Assembly (NCBI RefSeq): GCF_006345805.1
Contig: NC_042999.1
Span: 95,418,001-95,482,000, forward strand
Reading direction: 5' to 3'
From: Octopus sinensis
Taxonomy: Eukaryota
Length of the DNA: 64,000 nt
Of the stretch, positions 51,670-64,000 are shown one piece after another. Below the pieces are notes generated by a model. The model was given only the letters and a program-made list of their open reading frames with translations, had not been told where the DNA came from and made no database searches. Position 1 is the stretch's first letter. Each line of letters starts with the position of its first letter. The translations under genes were made by a program, and so were the position numbers.

Positions 51670-53084
51670 TTGTGTGAATCTGATGAGAGAGTGACTTTGA
51701 AGCTCTACCTTTCAATAATTCAGTAATTTCAGATAACTGTTAAATTTCAGGAATTTTGAAATCTTTGCAATGATAAAGAAATGTCTTACAGGGAAAAGGC
51801 AACAGTATATTCATGATTTATTGCCTGTTTTCAGGGTTGTATAAAATTCCTGTATCCAGCTGATACAAATATATTTCAAATTGTTTGAAATTGATAATGT
51901 ATAGATTTGAAAAAACAAAGTATTACTAAATTTCTGAAGATTTTGGTATTTTAAAGCATATTACACCTCTGGAGTTCCATCTTTTATGTATTAAATTACT
52001 GATTATTAGTTTTGAAATATTTACAAATTCTCCATTGTTGCTTTATAATCAGTGTCTATTAATGACCAGTGATAACTGTATTCAAGGTGACTTATAATAA
52101 AATCTTTATACATGTGGCTTAGTATCCATACTTTTGTTTAGATTTTCTAAAACCATGTCTGTTTCTTCTAATTTAAGATTTTCAAAATGCATATATCAAA
52201 TTTCTGCTATATTTTAGTCAATTTCACTGTTTTCTAGCACTCTTTAAGAAAAAGAGTTCTTTCTTTTCTTCATTTTATTCAATAAAAGAGAGTAAGAAAA
52301 CAGTAAATTCTTTTCTATTTTTAGAAGGTTCCAAGCTTTTATCTCGTAGATTCCTTTCTGGAATTCATAATTTTGTCATTTGAAAATATTTCAGAACTCA
52401 GTCCACCTTCACTCAGTCACTTGATGGTGTTGGAGAATACTCTTCAAGATTCTACTTAATCTTTTTGCATCATCACCACCACCACTTATATAGCCATCAA
52501 TTTACATCAAAATTCCCTTGATAAACGTTTGTGTGAACATATGTGTAAATCTTTCACATAGTGCCAACATGATCATATAATAGTACTGATTTATCAAAAG
52601 TAAACTGTTTAAGTATAACAAAGTATATTATGTCCTTTGATTTCAAAGTTATTGGTTAATTTGCTTATAAAGACAATTCTTCTTTTGAAATATCATATCA
52701 TATTCTTTTACCCTCAAATAGTAAATTTAGTTAAACATTTTACAGATATTTAAAAATACACATTTTAATGAAAGAGAAAAATAGCCTATTTTCATGAACA
52801 AATGTTTTATATAATAATAAATTGTAACAATTACTTAGTAACATTTCTTCTGACAGTTTACACTTTGAGTTAAAATTCTACTGAGGTTGACTTTGCCTTT
52901 CATCTTTTCAGTGTTGATAAGTACCAGTTGAGCATTGGAGTCAATGTAATTGACTAGCCCATTTTACCCAAAATTTGAGGCTTTCTACCTAGTATAGAAA
53001 GGATCTTCATCATCACTATGGCAGTGAGCTGGCAGAATCTTTAGCACACTAGACAATTTTATAACTATTATATTTTCTCTTAGT

Positions 53085-54570
53085 TTGCGGAGGTGTTGTC
53101 TTGAGGTTTGGTTACAAGAAGGCTCCTCAAATCTCAAGAATCTTTCTTAGATTTTTACAGAATACAGGATACCACTTTCCTACAGGTTGACAATGCAAAT
53201 TTTAGCTCCAATATCCTTTAGCTTCTTAGATAACAGTTTAGATGTGTCAAGTGCACCAATTATCATATGTATAATTCTCATCTCAGTCTTCCACAATCTC
53301 TTCATCTCTATGGCTAGGTCCTGATAGTTTTCAGTTGTTTTCAGTTTCTTTGGTATCCTCTGTATTTCCTATTGCACAATCTATAATCTTATACTATTCA
53401 TTTTTTCTTCCTTCTATATGTCATATCTGATCTACTTGCTTCAGTAGTATGGTCAATACTTATGAGGAAGTCCTGTAAAATCCTTTAATTCATATTCTCT
53501 ATCACTACTTTTGGTTTTGTCTTCATACTACTTTTCTGATACTTTGAATACATGTACTTGGCTAACATTTCAGTGCATTCTGTTAACCACTCAGTCATGC
53601 CTACACTTATACATTTTCGTTCTAGGCTACTTCATTCTCCTTTTCCATAGATTCTGTGTTTGTTCTCTAACTGAGTTTTTCCTAATAACTCATTCCTGAG
53701 CAGCTATAATTAGCAGTTTGGTTTCTCCTTTTTGATTTTCATCTGTCTACACAACCAACATTGTTTACTTCTAGTATCCTTGGTTTGATGCATGAATTGA
53801 CTGTGTAATTCCTTCTCTTTCCAGCTACTTGCTTTATTTTTCTTACTGCTTCAGTAACCTTTTGAACATTACTTGCTGCCAATATTAATCTTTCTTCATT
53901 ACATACAAGATAATTTTTCATTATCACAATGTTAATGGTGTCTTCTGCATTTTGAAGTCCTCTGCCTTCTTCCTTTCTTTATAGCTAGGGCCTATCAGTA
54001 TTACTTTTTGGGTGGTGTGCATTGTGAGAGGCTTTCTAGTTCTTTTATCTAAATTTTGTAGCTCGATCTTTGTCCACTTTAGAAAGAGAGCAGTGTATCT
54101 TAATACTGGCAGAACCTATGTATTTACTGCTTTGATAATATTCCCTATATTTAATTTTTGTTTTGAACATCTTCCTAATTCTTCTGATATACTCTTTGGA
54201 GATTTTCTCTCTCATTTCTTTCTCCATTATCCTGTCATCTTGCAGCACCCTTAAGTATGCGAATCCCTCATTATTTCTCTGTGATCTAATGATGTCTTTA
54301 TCTTTCAGCCCTCTTTCAGCCATTATTAACACTGTATACTTATTCATCCCCAATATTCTTGCTGAATACTCTTACTGTTTGGTGTAAAGAAACCAGATCT
54401 TTCTCACTTTACATGTATTGTTTGAGGTCACCCTTATGAAGGAAATAATGTATTTTTTCCTTAGTTTTGGCAAACTCATAGACAGGCCAGAATTTTCTCA
54501 TTATGCTTGTCAGAGGGATTAATGCAATGACAAAAAGTAATGGGAGGAGCAAGTCTCCCTGCACTAGCCA
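53085..54570 (-). mobile_element. R4/Dong-clade (restriction-like endonuclease) LINE relic
   Basis: Minus strand: LLPLLFVIALIPL, YLRVLQ..MREKISKEYIRRIRK, ..NYQDLAIEMKRLWKTEMRIIHMIIGALD, matching the KYxDL..LW..IxIGALG endonuclease tail of R4-type elements. Confidence 0.75.
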
Positions 54571-55816
54571 TTCATTTGAACAGGAACAAAAGATTGTAAA
54601 TCTGGGGTTAGATTTCTACTATATGCGATATATTGTTGTCTCCTACAGAAACTTTATTTATTTCTGTGATATTTCTTTCTCTCTTTTACTCCATAATTAC
54701 ATTTGAGGCTTATGATTGTTATTAAATGATATACTGCTTCTATGGAGGATCTAAATCTAATGATGTCTTACTTTTCCAGTGTCAAAACACATTTAAGGCT
54801 ATGTGAAAATTAATATACCATATTTTCTGGCATACATGACAATGTCTTTCCAAATCCTGCTGTATTTCACTTGAAACTTTTTGTCTTTCAAAGTTGTCTT
54901 GGTATATAAGTCAACCGACCTATTTTGGGCTGTAAATTTCAGTCTGAAAATTTTTACTAGTATGCTGCAAAATACAGTATTTCCTAATTCTCTCATGCTT
55001 GATTTCTGTTTAGGACAAAATTATCTATGGGTTTTTACTTTCTCTCATGCAAGTTACATGGCAACCTTACTTTGTGCCAGTGGCATGAAAAAGCTCGCAG
55101 TACACTCTGTAAAGTGGTTAGTATTAGTAAAGTCATCCCCCCATAGAAACATGTCAACGCTGAAACTGGTACATAATGTGGCTTTGTTGCTCCTGTCAAA
55201 TCATGCAACCCTTGCAGGCATGGAAAGCAGATATTAATGATGTTGAGAATGATAATGATGATCTGGACTCTATCTATAAGAACAATTTTTCCGAACAGAT
55301 ACTGGCATATCATTCTTACATCCATCATCTCTGAGGCATAGACAAGCACATCATGCCACCACTGTATTCATTTCTTCTGCATGACTACTCATTCCATAAA
55401 GCAAGATACATTAGAATCTTTTCATTGGTGTCCATATCTATTGCTCCTAAAAATTTCAGTTAAAATGTTAGTACTCTTGATATCAACAAAACTCTCACTT
55501 GTGTATCACATAAGATCTAGCAAATTTTCCTCATTTTTATGCTCCAGTTGACATTAACTCTTTAGTGTTCAAACTGGCCAAAATTAATTCCCCTTTATTT
55601 GGTCAAACTGTCCAAATCCAGCTGTATCCGACTGCTCTACAAAATCGCTAAAAACAAAAAAAGCAAAACAAATCACATTATTGAATTCTCATAGCTTTGA
55701 GATAATGCGAGATGAGGCCTTTCTCACCTTTATTCAAGTATAAATACTGCGAAATTGTTTAGACCACATGTTTTTTCAACGTTTGAAGAGTAGTCAGTAC
55801 CATAGCTTTTAATGAA

Positions 55817-57476
55817 ATGGCATCAGCAAGTAGCGATTTTGACTTTGAAGGTTTTTACTGTTGACGATATAGAAAATATAAATGAAAACAAGAGTATTTT
55901 ATCTTTGGACGAATCTGATATCGATATTAGTGAATATTTGTCAGACAAGGAAAATTTTGAGAATGAGTCGTAAAAAAGAAAGTGAAGAAAATGATATCGT
56001 AAACATGGTCAAAGATTACAAGACCACTCACTATTCCTGATTTCACAGAAAATACTGGTCCACAACACAGTTTACCTCCTGATGCTCAACCATTGGACTA
56101 TCTATTTTTATTTTTACCAGAAAGGTTTTTTGAAAATGTTATGGAAGAATTATGCACAATGTATAATTTCTATTCACGGAAGGAATGAGATCCACTATGG
56201 CAGCCAACTTATACTGCAGAATTGAGTGCGTTTTTCACGATCAGTATTATGTTGAGTGTTAAACAGCTTCCTCAACTGTAGAACTACTGGAGTCCTGATA
56301 TAAGGTATGGTGATCCATATATCTCAAGTATAATGTCAAAGACGAGGTATTCGGAAATATCTCAGTATTTACAGTTAATTAATTCTGCTAATGCCTCCAG
56401 CTAAAATGACCCAAACTATGATCCCCTGCACAAAGTACGTCCTGTAATGGATTTACTCCTTAATAGTTATAAAACTGTGTATCTACCTAGGAAAAATCTC
56501 AGTGTCGATGAAGCTATGATAGGCTATAAGGGCAGAGTACATTTCCAGCAGTACGTGCCTGCCAAACCCACTAAATGAGGAATCAAGGGATGGGAAGTTT
56601 GTGAATCAGACACTGGATATTGTATAAACTTTGATGTTTACACAGGTTAAAAAATATAATGGAAACAGACCATATGGATTGGGACATGATGTATTATGGT
56701 CTCTTACTGAACCATTTCACTATCAGCACCGACACCTCTATTTTGACTGTTTTTTTCTTCAGTGGCTTTGGCAGAAAATCTTGCCCATGTAAGTACTTAC
56801 ACATGCAGTACTGTTATGGGCAACCGTAAAGGTTTACCCCATGAAGTGAAAATAAAATTTTTAAAAAGAGGGCATATTTTACAAATGCAAAAGGAAAATT
56901 AGTAGCTACTACATTCAAAGACAAATGACAAATTTTATTTCTGTCTCCTAATGAACAACCTAGTGTTGGTACTGAGGGGAAACCCCTAGTGAATATTTGT
57001 TATAACAAATATATGAGTGGGGTTGATAAATCTGACCAATATTGGACATATTACCTAGTTATCAACCTGGGAAGAAATGGTGGAGGTACATTTTGTGGCT
57101 TTTAGTTAATTTAACTATAGTTAATTCATATATTGTATATGTAAAAAGCCACAAGGTACCTCTACCACCAAAGGACTTTGGCCATTTGAAATTTCGAGTT
57201 GACATTGCATCTAGGTTATGTGAGGGTTTTTCTTCTAGAAAGCCTAGAACTAGGAGAAAGACAAAATTAACTGAGGTGGATGTCAACAGTGAAAATATTG
57301 ACTTTCATAAAGTCGAAAAGATAAATGGAAGAAAAAACGTTTGCAGACTGTGTTCAGTGCAAAAACGAAAAACTGCAAAAAGGTATGAGATTGAGACTTC
57401 ATATATGTGTTCCTTTTGCAAAGTGCTCTTGTGTGAAGGGTGCTTTGGGCAGTTTCATGACAGTTATATGTCGTAA
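55817..57476 (+). pseudogene. piggyBac transposase pseudogene (PGBD-like)
   Basis: SVDEAMIGYKGRVHFQQYVPAKPTK*GIK, YFD, YNKYMSGVDKSDQ, KWWRY and C-terminal CRLC..YMCSFCKVLLCEGCFGQFH. Many stops and frameshifts. Confidence 0.95.
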
Positions 57477-57524
57477 CTTTATAATTTTGTACCTATGTTA
57501 TTTTATATTTAAAAAAAATTTTTT

Positions 57525-57905
57525 TTTTACTTGTTTCAGTCATTTGACTGCGGCCATGCTGGAGCACCGCCTTTAATCGAGCAACTCGACCCCGGGACTT
57601 ATTCTTTGTAAGCCCAGTACTTATTCTATCGGTCTCTTTTGTCGAACCGCTAAGTGACGGGGACATAAACACACCAGCATAGGTTGTCAAGCAATGCTAG
57701 GGGGACAAACACAAACACACATGTACATATATATATATATATATATACGACGGGCTTCTTTCAGTTTCTGTCTACCAAATCCACTCACAAGGCTTTGGTC
57801 GGCCCGAGGCAATAGTAGAAGACACTTGCCCAAGGTGCCACGCAGTGGGACTGAACCTGGTACCATGTGGTTGGTAAACAAGCTACTTACCACACAGCCA
57901 CTCCT
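57525..57905 (-). mobile_element. Full-length tRNA-derived SINE nested in the piggyBac
   Basis: Head ggagtggctgtgtggtaagtagcttg..; tail ..gactgaaacaagtaaaa. Confidence 0.9.
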
Positions 57906-58083
57906 TTCCTTTTCATTTTATAATAAATAATATGTGAAAGTGAGAAATACATATTAATTTTCAGTATGTTACACACCTGTATTCACCTTTGTTTCACCTG
58001 GTAGTTCACATCTGGGATAATTTTAGTAACAAATCAAACAGGTAAGATGTATTAAGAATATGAATTTTAGTGTTTATTCGTAA

Positions 58084-58376
58084 CTAGCAGAGATACCCGG
58101 CTTTGCCCATATTACATGCACTTGAAGAGTTAGACTTTTCTGTTATATTTTCTCTAATGAACTGAAATGCCTATGATTCAAATTTCATTAGAATTGCAGA
58201 TCAAGGTTCTTTCCCTCTTTACACACCCTAAAAAAATTCTAATCATGACACATGTATCCCATACTACTGATTTTTATGCACAGATTCCAAAATTCCAGTC
58301 ATATAGAACCTGTTAAAAGGATTTTGCTCCTGAAAATATGCACATATACATACATGTATATATGTATGTGTGTATT

Positions 58377-58408
<32 letters not shown>

Positions 58409-59141
58409 CACACAAACACACACACACACAGATAGATTGGATGCAACTGAGTGGGCAAACAAAAATATGAGACACTGCCTGGTGGTTTTTTTTTTTATTT
58501 TGATAAGCCTGGTACTTATTCTATCAGTTTCTTCTTGTCAAACCAGTAAGTTATGAGGATGTAAATAAACGAAGAGCAGTTGTTAAGCAGTGATGAGGGA
58601 GAAACACAAAGACACACACATACACTTACATATATACATACATATATATATGATTGATTTCTTTCAGTTTCTGTCTATGAAATTGACTCACAAGGCTTTG
58701 GTTAGTTTGAGGCTATAGCAGAAGACACATGCCAGGACCATGTGTTTTGGAACCAAGTTTCTTACCACAAAGCCACACCTGTACCTATGTATATATGTGT
58801 GTGTGTGTGTCTGTATGCATGTATATATGTGTATATATATATGTGTACATATTACATGTACATCTGTATATATACATCTACACATATGCATGTATACATA
58901 TACATTTATATATACATCTATACATATACATAAATACACATATACATATACATCTATATATATACATGTATACATCTATATATATATATACATGTATACA
59001 TATACATCTATATATATACACGTGTATATATATATATATATATACATCTAAATATATACATGTATTATATATATATACATCTATATATATACATTTGTGC
59101 AGATGCTTACATATATAGATAAATAGATAGATGTATACATA

Positions 59142-59222
<81 letters not shown>

Positions 59223-59463
59223 ATATGTATGTATGCCTGTATATATGTGAGATAATAGTTTCACTTTTGACATGTAATACTGAAACAGTGTAGAAGATAT
59301 GATGTTGCTCTAGGCTCGCATTAGTCGAGAAGTTAAAAATGTTTTGGGCCTATGACACTACATGGACCCTAAGTAAGGCATGTGTAAAATTTGAATGAAA
59401 TTGGTTGTGTAGTTTTAGGGATTCACACAGACAGACACACATTCTCATCTTTATATATATAGA
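58084..59463 (-). mobile_element. Helitron-like non-autonomous element containing a SINE (58490-58780) and microsatellites
   Basis: Minus strand A|TCtatatatataaa .. gggcaaagccgggtatctctgCTAG|T. Confidence 0.6.
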
Positions 59464-60011
59464 TGTTATTGTTTTTACACCTGTTAATTAAATTTACTTG
59501 CCAATAAAAGTAAAATTTAATCAGAAAGATGAGCTAGGGTTATGTAACTATAAACTGCTGGCATATAAGCACTCATTTACAAAATTTTAAATCTGTATGT
59601 AAAAAATTAACAAAATTACAAGCAAATATCGTGGACATCCCACTTGAACCTGAATAAATCAAAACTAATGTGAACATATAAGCATTACATTTGACAAATT
59701 AATCTGAACACTAAAGGTTTAAATATTCATTTGTCTTAAGTAGTATATGTTGGTGGACCTCTATAGCATTTACTGTATCTTAGAATATATATATATATAT
59801 ATTAACAAGGGAAAATTACACTAATCTATTTATATATATATATCAAGTAGTTGTATATTGTCAACTTAATGTGACAGTCTCATGAAGGGAATCATACTAC
59901 TGCTATTTAGCCCTAGGAAGAAGCAATGCTTCCTGTCACCCTTGACACGTTTCCTGTGTCCTTATGTTTACAAGGGGGAAATAAGCATCTCCATCCAGCT
60001 AAGTCTGCATT

Positions 60012-60050
60012 CAGAGACTAGTTTCAGAGTCTTTGCTCATCATCAGTCTG
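60012..60050 (-). ncRNA. Minimal type I hammerhead ribozyme motif (Penelope-type)
   Basis: CAGA-CTGATGA-tGAGcaaagaCTCt-GAAA-CTAG-TC-TCTG: stem I CAGA/TCTG, palindromic ACTAGT stem III, GUC triplet. Confidence 0.8.
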
Positions 60051-60468
60051 GAGTAGTATGGCCTGCTAGTCGGAGATGCCTATCTCGCTCTTGTAAACAT
60101 ATAAGAATTCTAGTGAAATAAATCCACTGATAACAAAAATAAGAAATAATACATTTCTAAAAATCTCAGAGAGATTTATACAGTAGTGGTACGATAAAGT
60201 AGTTGTATACTGTCAACTTAATGTGACAGTCCCATGAAGGGAATTATACTACTGTTATTTAGCAGCAACACTTGTAAACATAAGGACACAGGAAATGTGT
60301 CATGGCTGACAGGAAGCGTTGCTGCTTCATAGGGCTAAATAACAGTAGTATGATTCCCTTCATGGGACTGTCAGATTAAGTTGACAGTATACAATTACTT
60401 TATCATGCCACTACTGCATAAATCTCTCTGAGATATTTAGAAATGTATTATATATATATATATATATA

Positions 60469-61425
60469 CTAGCAGCATAGCCCGGCGTTGCCCGGGTATG
60501 TAAGAGTCCCTAGTAGGCAACGACTTGCGGCTGCAGCAGCGATTAGCAGAAGTATGCCAAGGTTATGTTGTCTGGTCATGCTTTGTCTCGTTGACTGCTT
60601 GAAGTGGCGGTTTTGGGGGTAAAGTCTCGAATGTAATTTCTTCCTGGTAGGAAATGGTTCACCAAAACTTAGGTTAGGCTGGAGGTTTCGATGTAATCTT
60701 TGGTTTGTATGTGGGATACCTTGAAGATTAAGTCTAGATTTCCTCCTGTGGGTTGAATTATCGATAGCTGTTTGATAGTTATTTGGGGCAGTAAGACAGT
60801 TAAAGAAGGTCGAGTTGCGTCCCCTAGACAGTCTGTGGTTTGTGTTTAATACACAAATCCGTTTGCTATGTGTGCCACATATGATTTAATTAACCGATTT
60901 TTTCCAGTAATAAAGTATCCTATTGGAATAAAAAGGGCCATATAGCTCCTTGGAGCAGACATGATGCTCGCTGTGAATTTAAAAAAAAATTCCTGCCAAC
61001 TTGTTAAAGATATTGTCAAAAATATGTCATCTTGAATTTGAATGCGATTTCCCAAAATGGCATGATTTTATCAATTTTTTCTGATGGTAAGGTATTGCAT
61101 GGAAAACTAACATCAGAATTAAGTTTCTTAGGGTAACATTAAGCTTCACCATGAGTTTGGTGAAAATCGATTGCAAGTTGCGAAAACTACAACAGAAAAT
61201 GTGTTGCATGTGAAAAGCTTGGATTCTCAATCCCATGTCAAATTTATCGATTTTTTTCAGAACTGGGGGAACTTTTCAACCTTTTCGCTGCGTTAGTTTT
61301 GAATTAGGACTTTGGGCTATGTGTGAGTCAAGTTTCATCAGAATTGGTTGAAAGCCGTGGTCAGGGTGAGGGTACAACCTGACAGACACACAGACAGACA
61401 ACCTGCCTTTTATATATATTGGAGA
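60469..61425 (-). mobile_element. Helitron-like non-autonomous element
   Basis: Minus strand begins A|TC..atatatataaaa and ends with hairpin cccgggcaacgccggg followed by CTAG|T. Confidence 0.7.
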
Positions 61426-62584
61426 TCTTGCAGTGGAGTTAGTGTAATCTCACTGGACTGCAATAATAAATTGACACTACTCATTTAAAGAAACAAACTT
61501 CATAACCCTTCTATTAGTGATTCCAACTTCATACTTCATAATTATTAAATAACACAAAAGTTAAGCATAAGAACTTCTGACAATGCTAAAAGGATTATGC
61601 AATTTCCTCTTTAATGTCAGACACCATTTTTAACCTAAATGTCTGCTGATCCTTTAAATGTTACGAATACATCCTATATCAGAATATTATTCATGCCACT
61701 AAGCTAGAGGATTCACCAAACATTCATGTAAATGCATTTTGGAAAAGACCTTCCTGACTGTTTACCTAGTTCTTGAATATGTTACTGTAACTGATGATTT
61801 TATATAATCCTTGTCTCACTTGTCAGTTATAAAATGTTTTACATAAATCATGTTTTGCTTCTTAGTACTTGAAATTCCTAACACTTGGAGGGCATTAACA
61901 TGTTATGGATGTTTATTGCATGGTTCAGATGCTTAACAACTGACTCCATTATCATAAATATAGATATAGCAATTGTTTTACATTGTGCCTTTATATAAAA
62001 CAACTGATTCTTTTTGTGCTAATTTATCTGACTGAACAGAAAAAAAAGCCTCATCATATAAAGGTGGAGTAGTATGTCTAGTTTGGAAAACAATTATTCC
62101 AAGTCTTAGTTATGTAATTATGAAAAAATGGATGGAATACAGTGAAAAAAAAAAAGACAAGCTTTATCCCACATTATGAAATAAAAATAAGTAAATTATT
62201 TTTACATTAAGTTCAATGACAATTGTATTTTTTTCAGATTTGATACAAATACTGTCATTTTACATAAAAAGAAAGTTACAGGAATTCATATTTCATTCCT
62301 CTATTTTTGGAGGATACCTTTCCTCTGTGTACTGTTATTCTGTTCTAGCACAGCTCTTTTATCAGTATTTAATTTCTCTGAAGTTGACAAAATATCTGAT
62401 AGAGGTAAAGTGATAGCAGCCAATATATGCAGGAGTGCTTGCACCATACAAGGAGTGCTTGTTTGATACATGATAGATAAACAATTCTTTGTGAGTGAAA
62501 AATGACTATTGCTGACAATGGGAGGTGCCATGTCTTATCAAGGAAGGGCGGGGAAATTAGAACTCATGATATTGCTTCTCATTG

Positions 62585-62873
62585 CACTTGTGCCGGTGGC
62601 AGGTGAAAAACATTTGAGCAAGGTCATTGCCAATGCTGCTGGACTGGCACATAAAAAACACCAATTGAGCGTTGCCAGTACCGCCCTTGTGCCGGTGGCA
62701 CATAAAAGCACCCACTACACTCTCGGAGTGGTTAACGTTAGGAACGGCATCTAGCTGTAGAAACTCTGCCAGATCAAATTGGAGCCTGGTGCAGCCATCT
62801 GGTTTGCCAGTCTTCAGTCAAATCGTCCAACCCATGTTAGCATGGAAAGCCGACATTAAACGATGATGATGAT
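62585..62873 (+). mobile_element. RTE 3' UTR/tail fragment
   Basis: gtgccggtggca modules, cacccactacactctcggagtgg.., aaacgatgatgatgat. Confidence 0.85.
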
Positions 62874-63272
62874 TGACAAGGTAACTTAAATGAGTTTGCA
62901 AGTTTGCAACATGCTGCACTGAAACTCTTCAGACTAGTGCCATCTTAAAACAGATATTGAAATAGTGGGAAAGATGGGGATATATGTACCATTTTAGTAA
63001 ATTTGTATGCAAATATATATTAATTTTTTGCATTTTGTTTTTTTTTTCTTTTATATTAACCATGTGTTTTCTATTCTTCAACATGTGATAATGAAAGCTA
63101 TATTTTTCTTAATTTTTAGCATTGTTTAGGTTTCAGTTGCAATTTGAAATGATAAATGTTTATTTTTTTAAACAACTTTTAAATATCTATTATATAAACA
63201 TGTGTACAGGAGTTATGTAAATAAATCCTTTTAAGTATTTTACGCATATATATATATGTGTGTGTATATATA

Positions 63273-63314
<42 letters not shown>

Positions 63315-63739
63315 AATATATACACACATACATGCATAATTCCTTTACATCCACATTTTCATATTTTATTTGTTTCCATGATGTTTGTTGAGGCATAGTT
63401 TTTTTTACGGTTGAATGTTTTCCTGTCATAAACCCTCATCTGTTTTCACAAGGTGTTATATTTTCTTTGGTCTTTCAAACTTAAGAATCACAATAGCTGG
63501 ACATGTTTCCAAGGAAGATTATAAGCAAATGTTATATCTTCTATGATAGTGACATTTATTTACAATTAGCAAGCAGTGTTGAGACATGGAGATATTAACA
63601 CACACACACACACTTATGTAGCTGCTAAGCTGAAGTGAAGACAGCATGTTCTTTGTCTATCTCCTTACCTTCTTGGAGGTTTTAGGTAAAATTATACTAA
63701 TGTGTCCATCTGTTTTAATTTAATTTAATTCTATGTCCT

Positions 63740-63950
63740 TATGCAGCTGAGGATTGCTCTACATTTAAATTGATGTAATGATTGCATTGTTCAATATCAT
63801 TAGTTGCTTCAAACAATCGTACTGCATTAACTCTGGATATCCTTGTTGCTTGTTTTGATTTTAATCACCTTATTTTGAAATTGTATGGATGATACCGTAC
63901 TAAATTCTGGTGCCTCAACTTAAGTACCTAATACATCTGAATCTAAATTT
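63740..63950 (-). mobile_element. Diverged fragment of the Penelope-like family at 10280/14340
   Basis: Reverse complement agattcagatgtattaggtacttaagttgaggcacc..caacaaggatatccag aligns with 9519-9535 joined to 10280-10440. Confidence 0.6.
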
Positions 63951-64000
63951 ATATATATATACTTACATTGGCTTGTCAGATAAATTTGTTTTGTTTTTTT

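Larger units (their letters stand above)
55558..59718 (+). mobile_element. Full-length decayed piggyBac transposon with TTAA TSD and nested insertions
   Basis: TTAA|ctctttagtgttcaaa at 55554 and tctgaacactaaaggt|TTAA at 59719. Confidence 0.85.

Noticed and set aside
42984-51726. Numerous long [12 protein letters not shown] ORFs
   Set aside because: Translations of (TA)n, (CA)n and (TATG)n microsatellites; not genes.

Overview
AT-rich, microsatellite-saturated eukaryotic DNA, almost all non-coding or intronic and transposon-derived, with one 100-N assembly gap (47091-47190). The SINE set, RTE tails and (TA)n/(CA)n load resemble an Octopus genome; this is an inference from repeat content. No host gene could be identified, only a few weak candidate exons. 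Contents: many decayed RTE LINEs (one nearly intact RT region), an L1/Tx1-type remnant, an R4/Dong-type remnant, several mariner relics, a full-length decayed piggyBac (TTAA TSD) plus its derived MITE, three Helitron-like non-autonomous elements, several tRNA-derived SINE families and a tRNA-Phe (pseudo)gene. The most notable hidden structure is a dense set of Penelope-type sequences: GIY-YIG endonuclease relics, fold-back (inverted pseudo-LTR-like) insertions, and about ten minimal type-I hammerhead-ribozyme motifs from several families, three with intact cores. One family is a short element joining a tRNA-like Pol III head to a Penelope-type hammerhead. It occurs four times, twice with 12-13 bp TSDs and once as a 730-bp palindromic insertion, making it a candidate Penelope-mobilised, ribozyme-bearing SINE. 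An RTE 3' UTR has also been amplified into a 7-unit tandem array. All calls were made by eye; no database searches were run.
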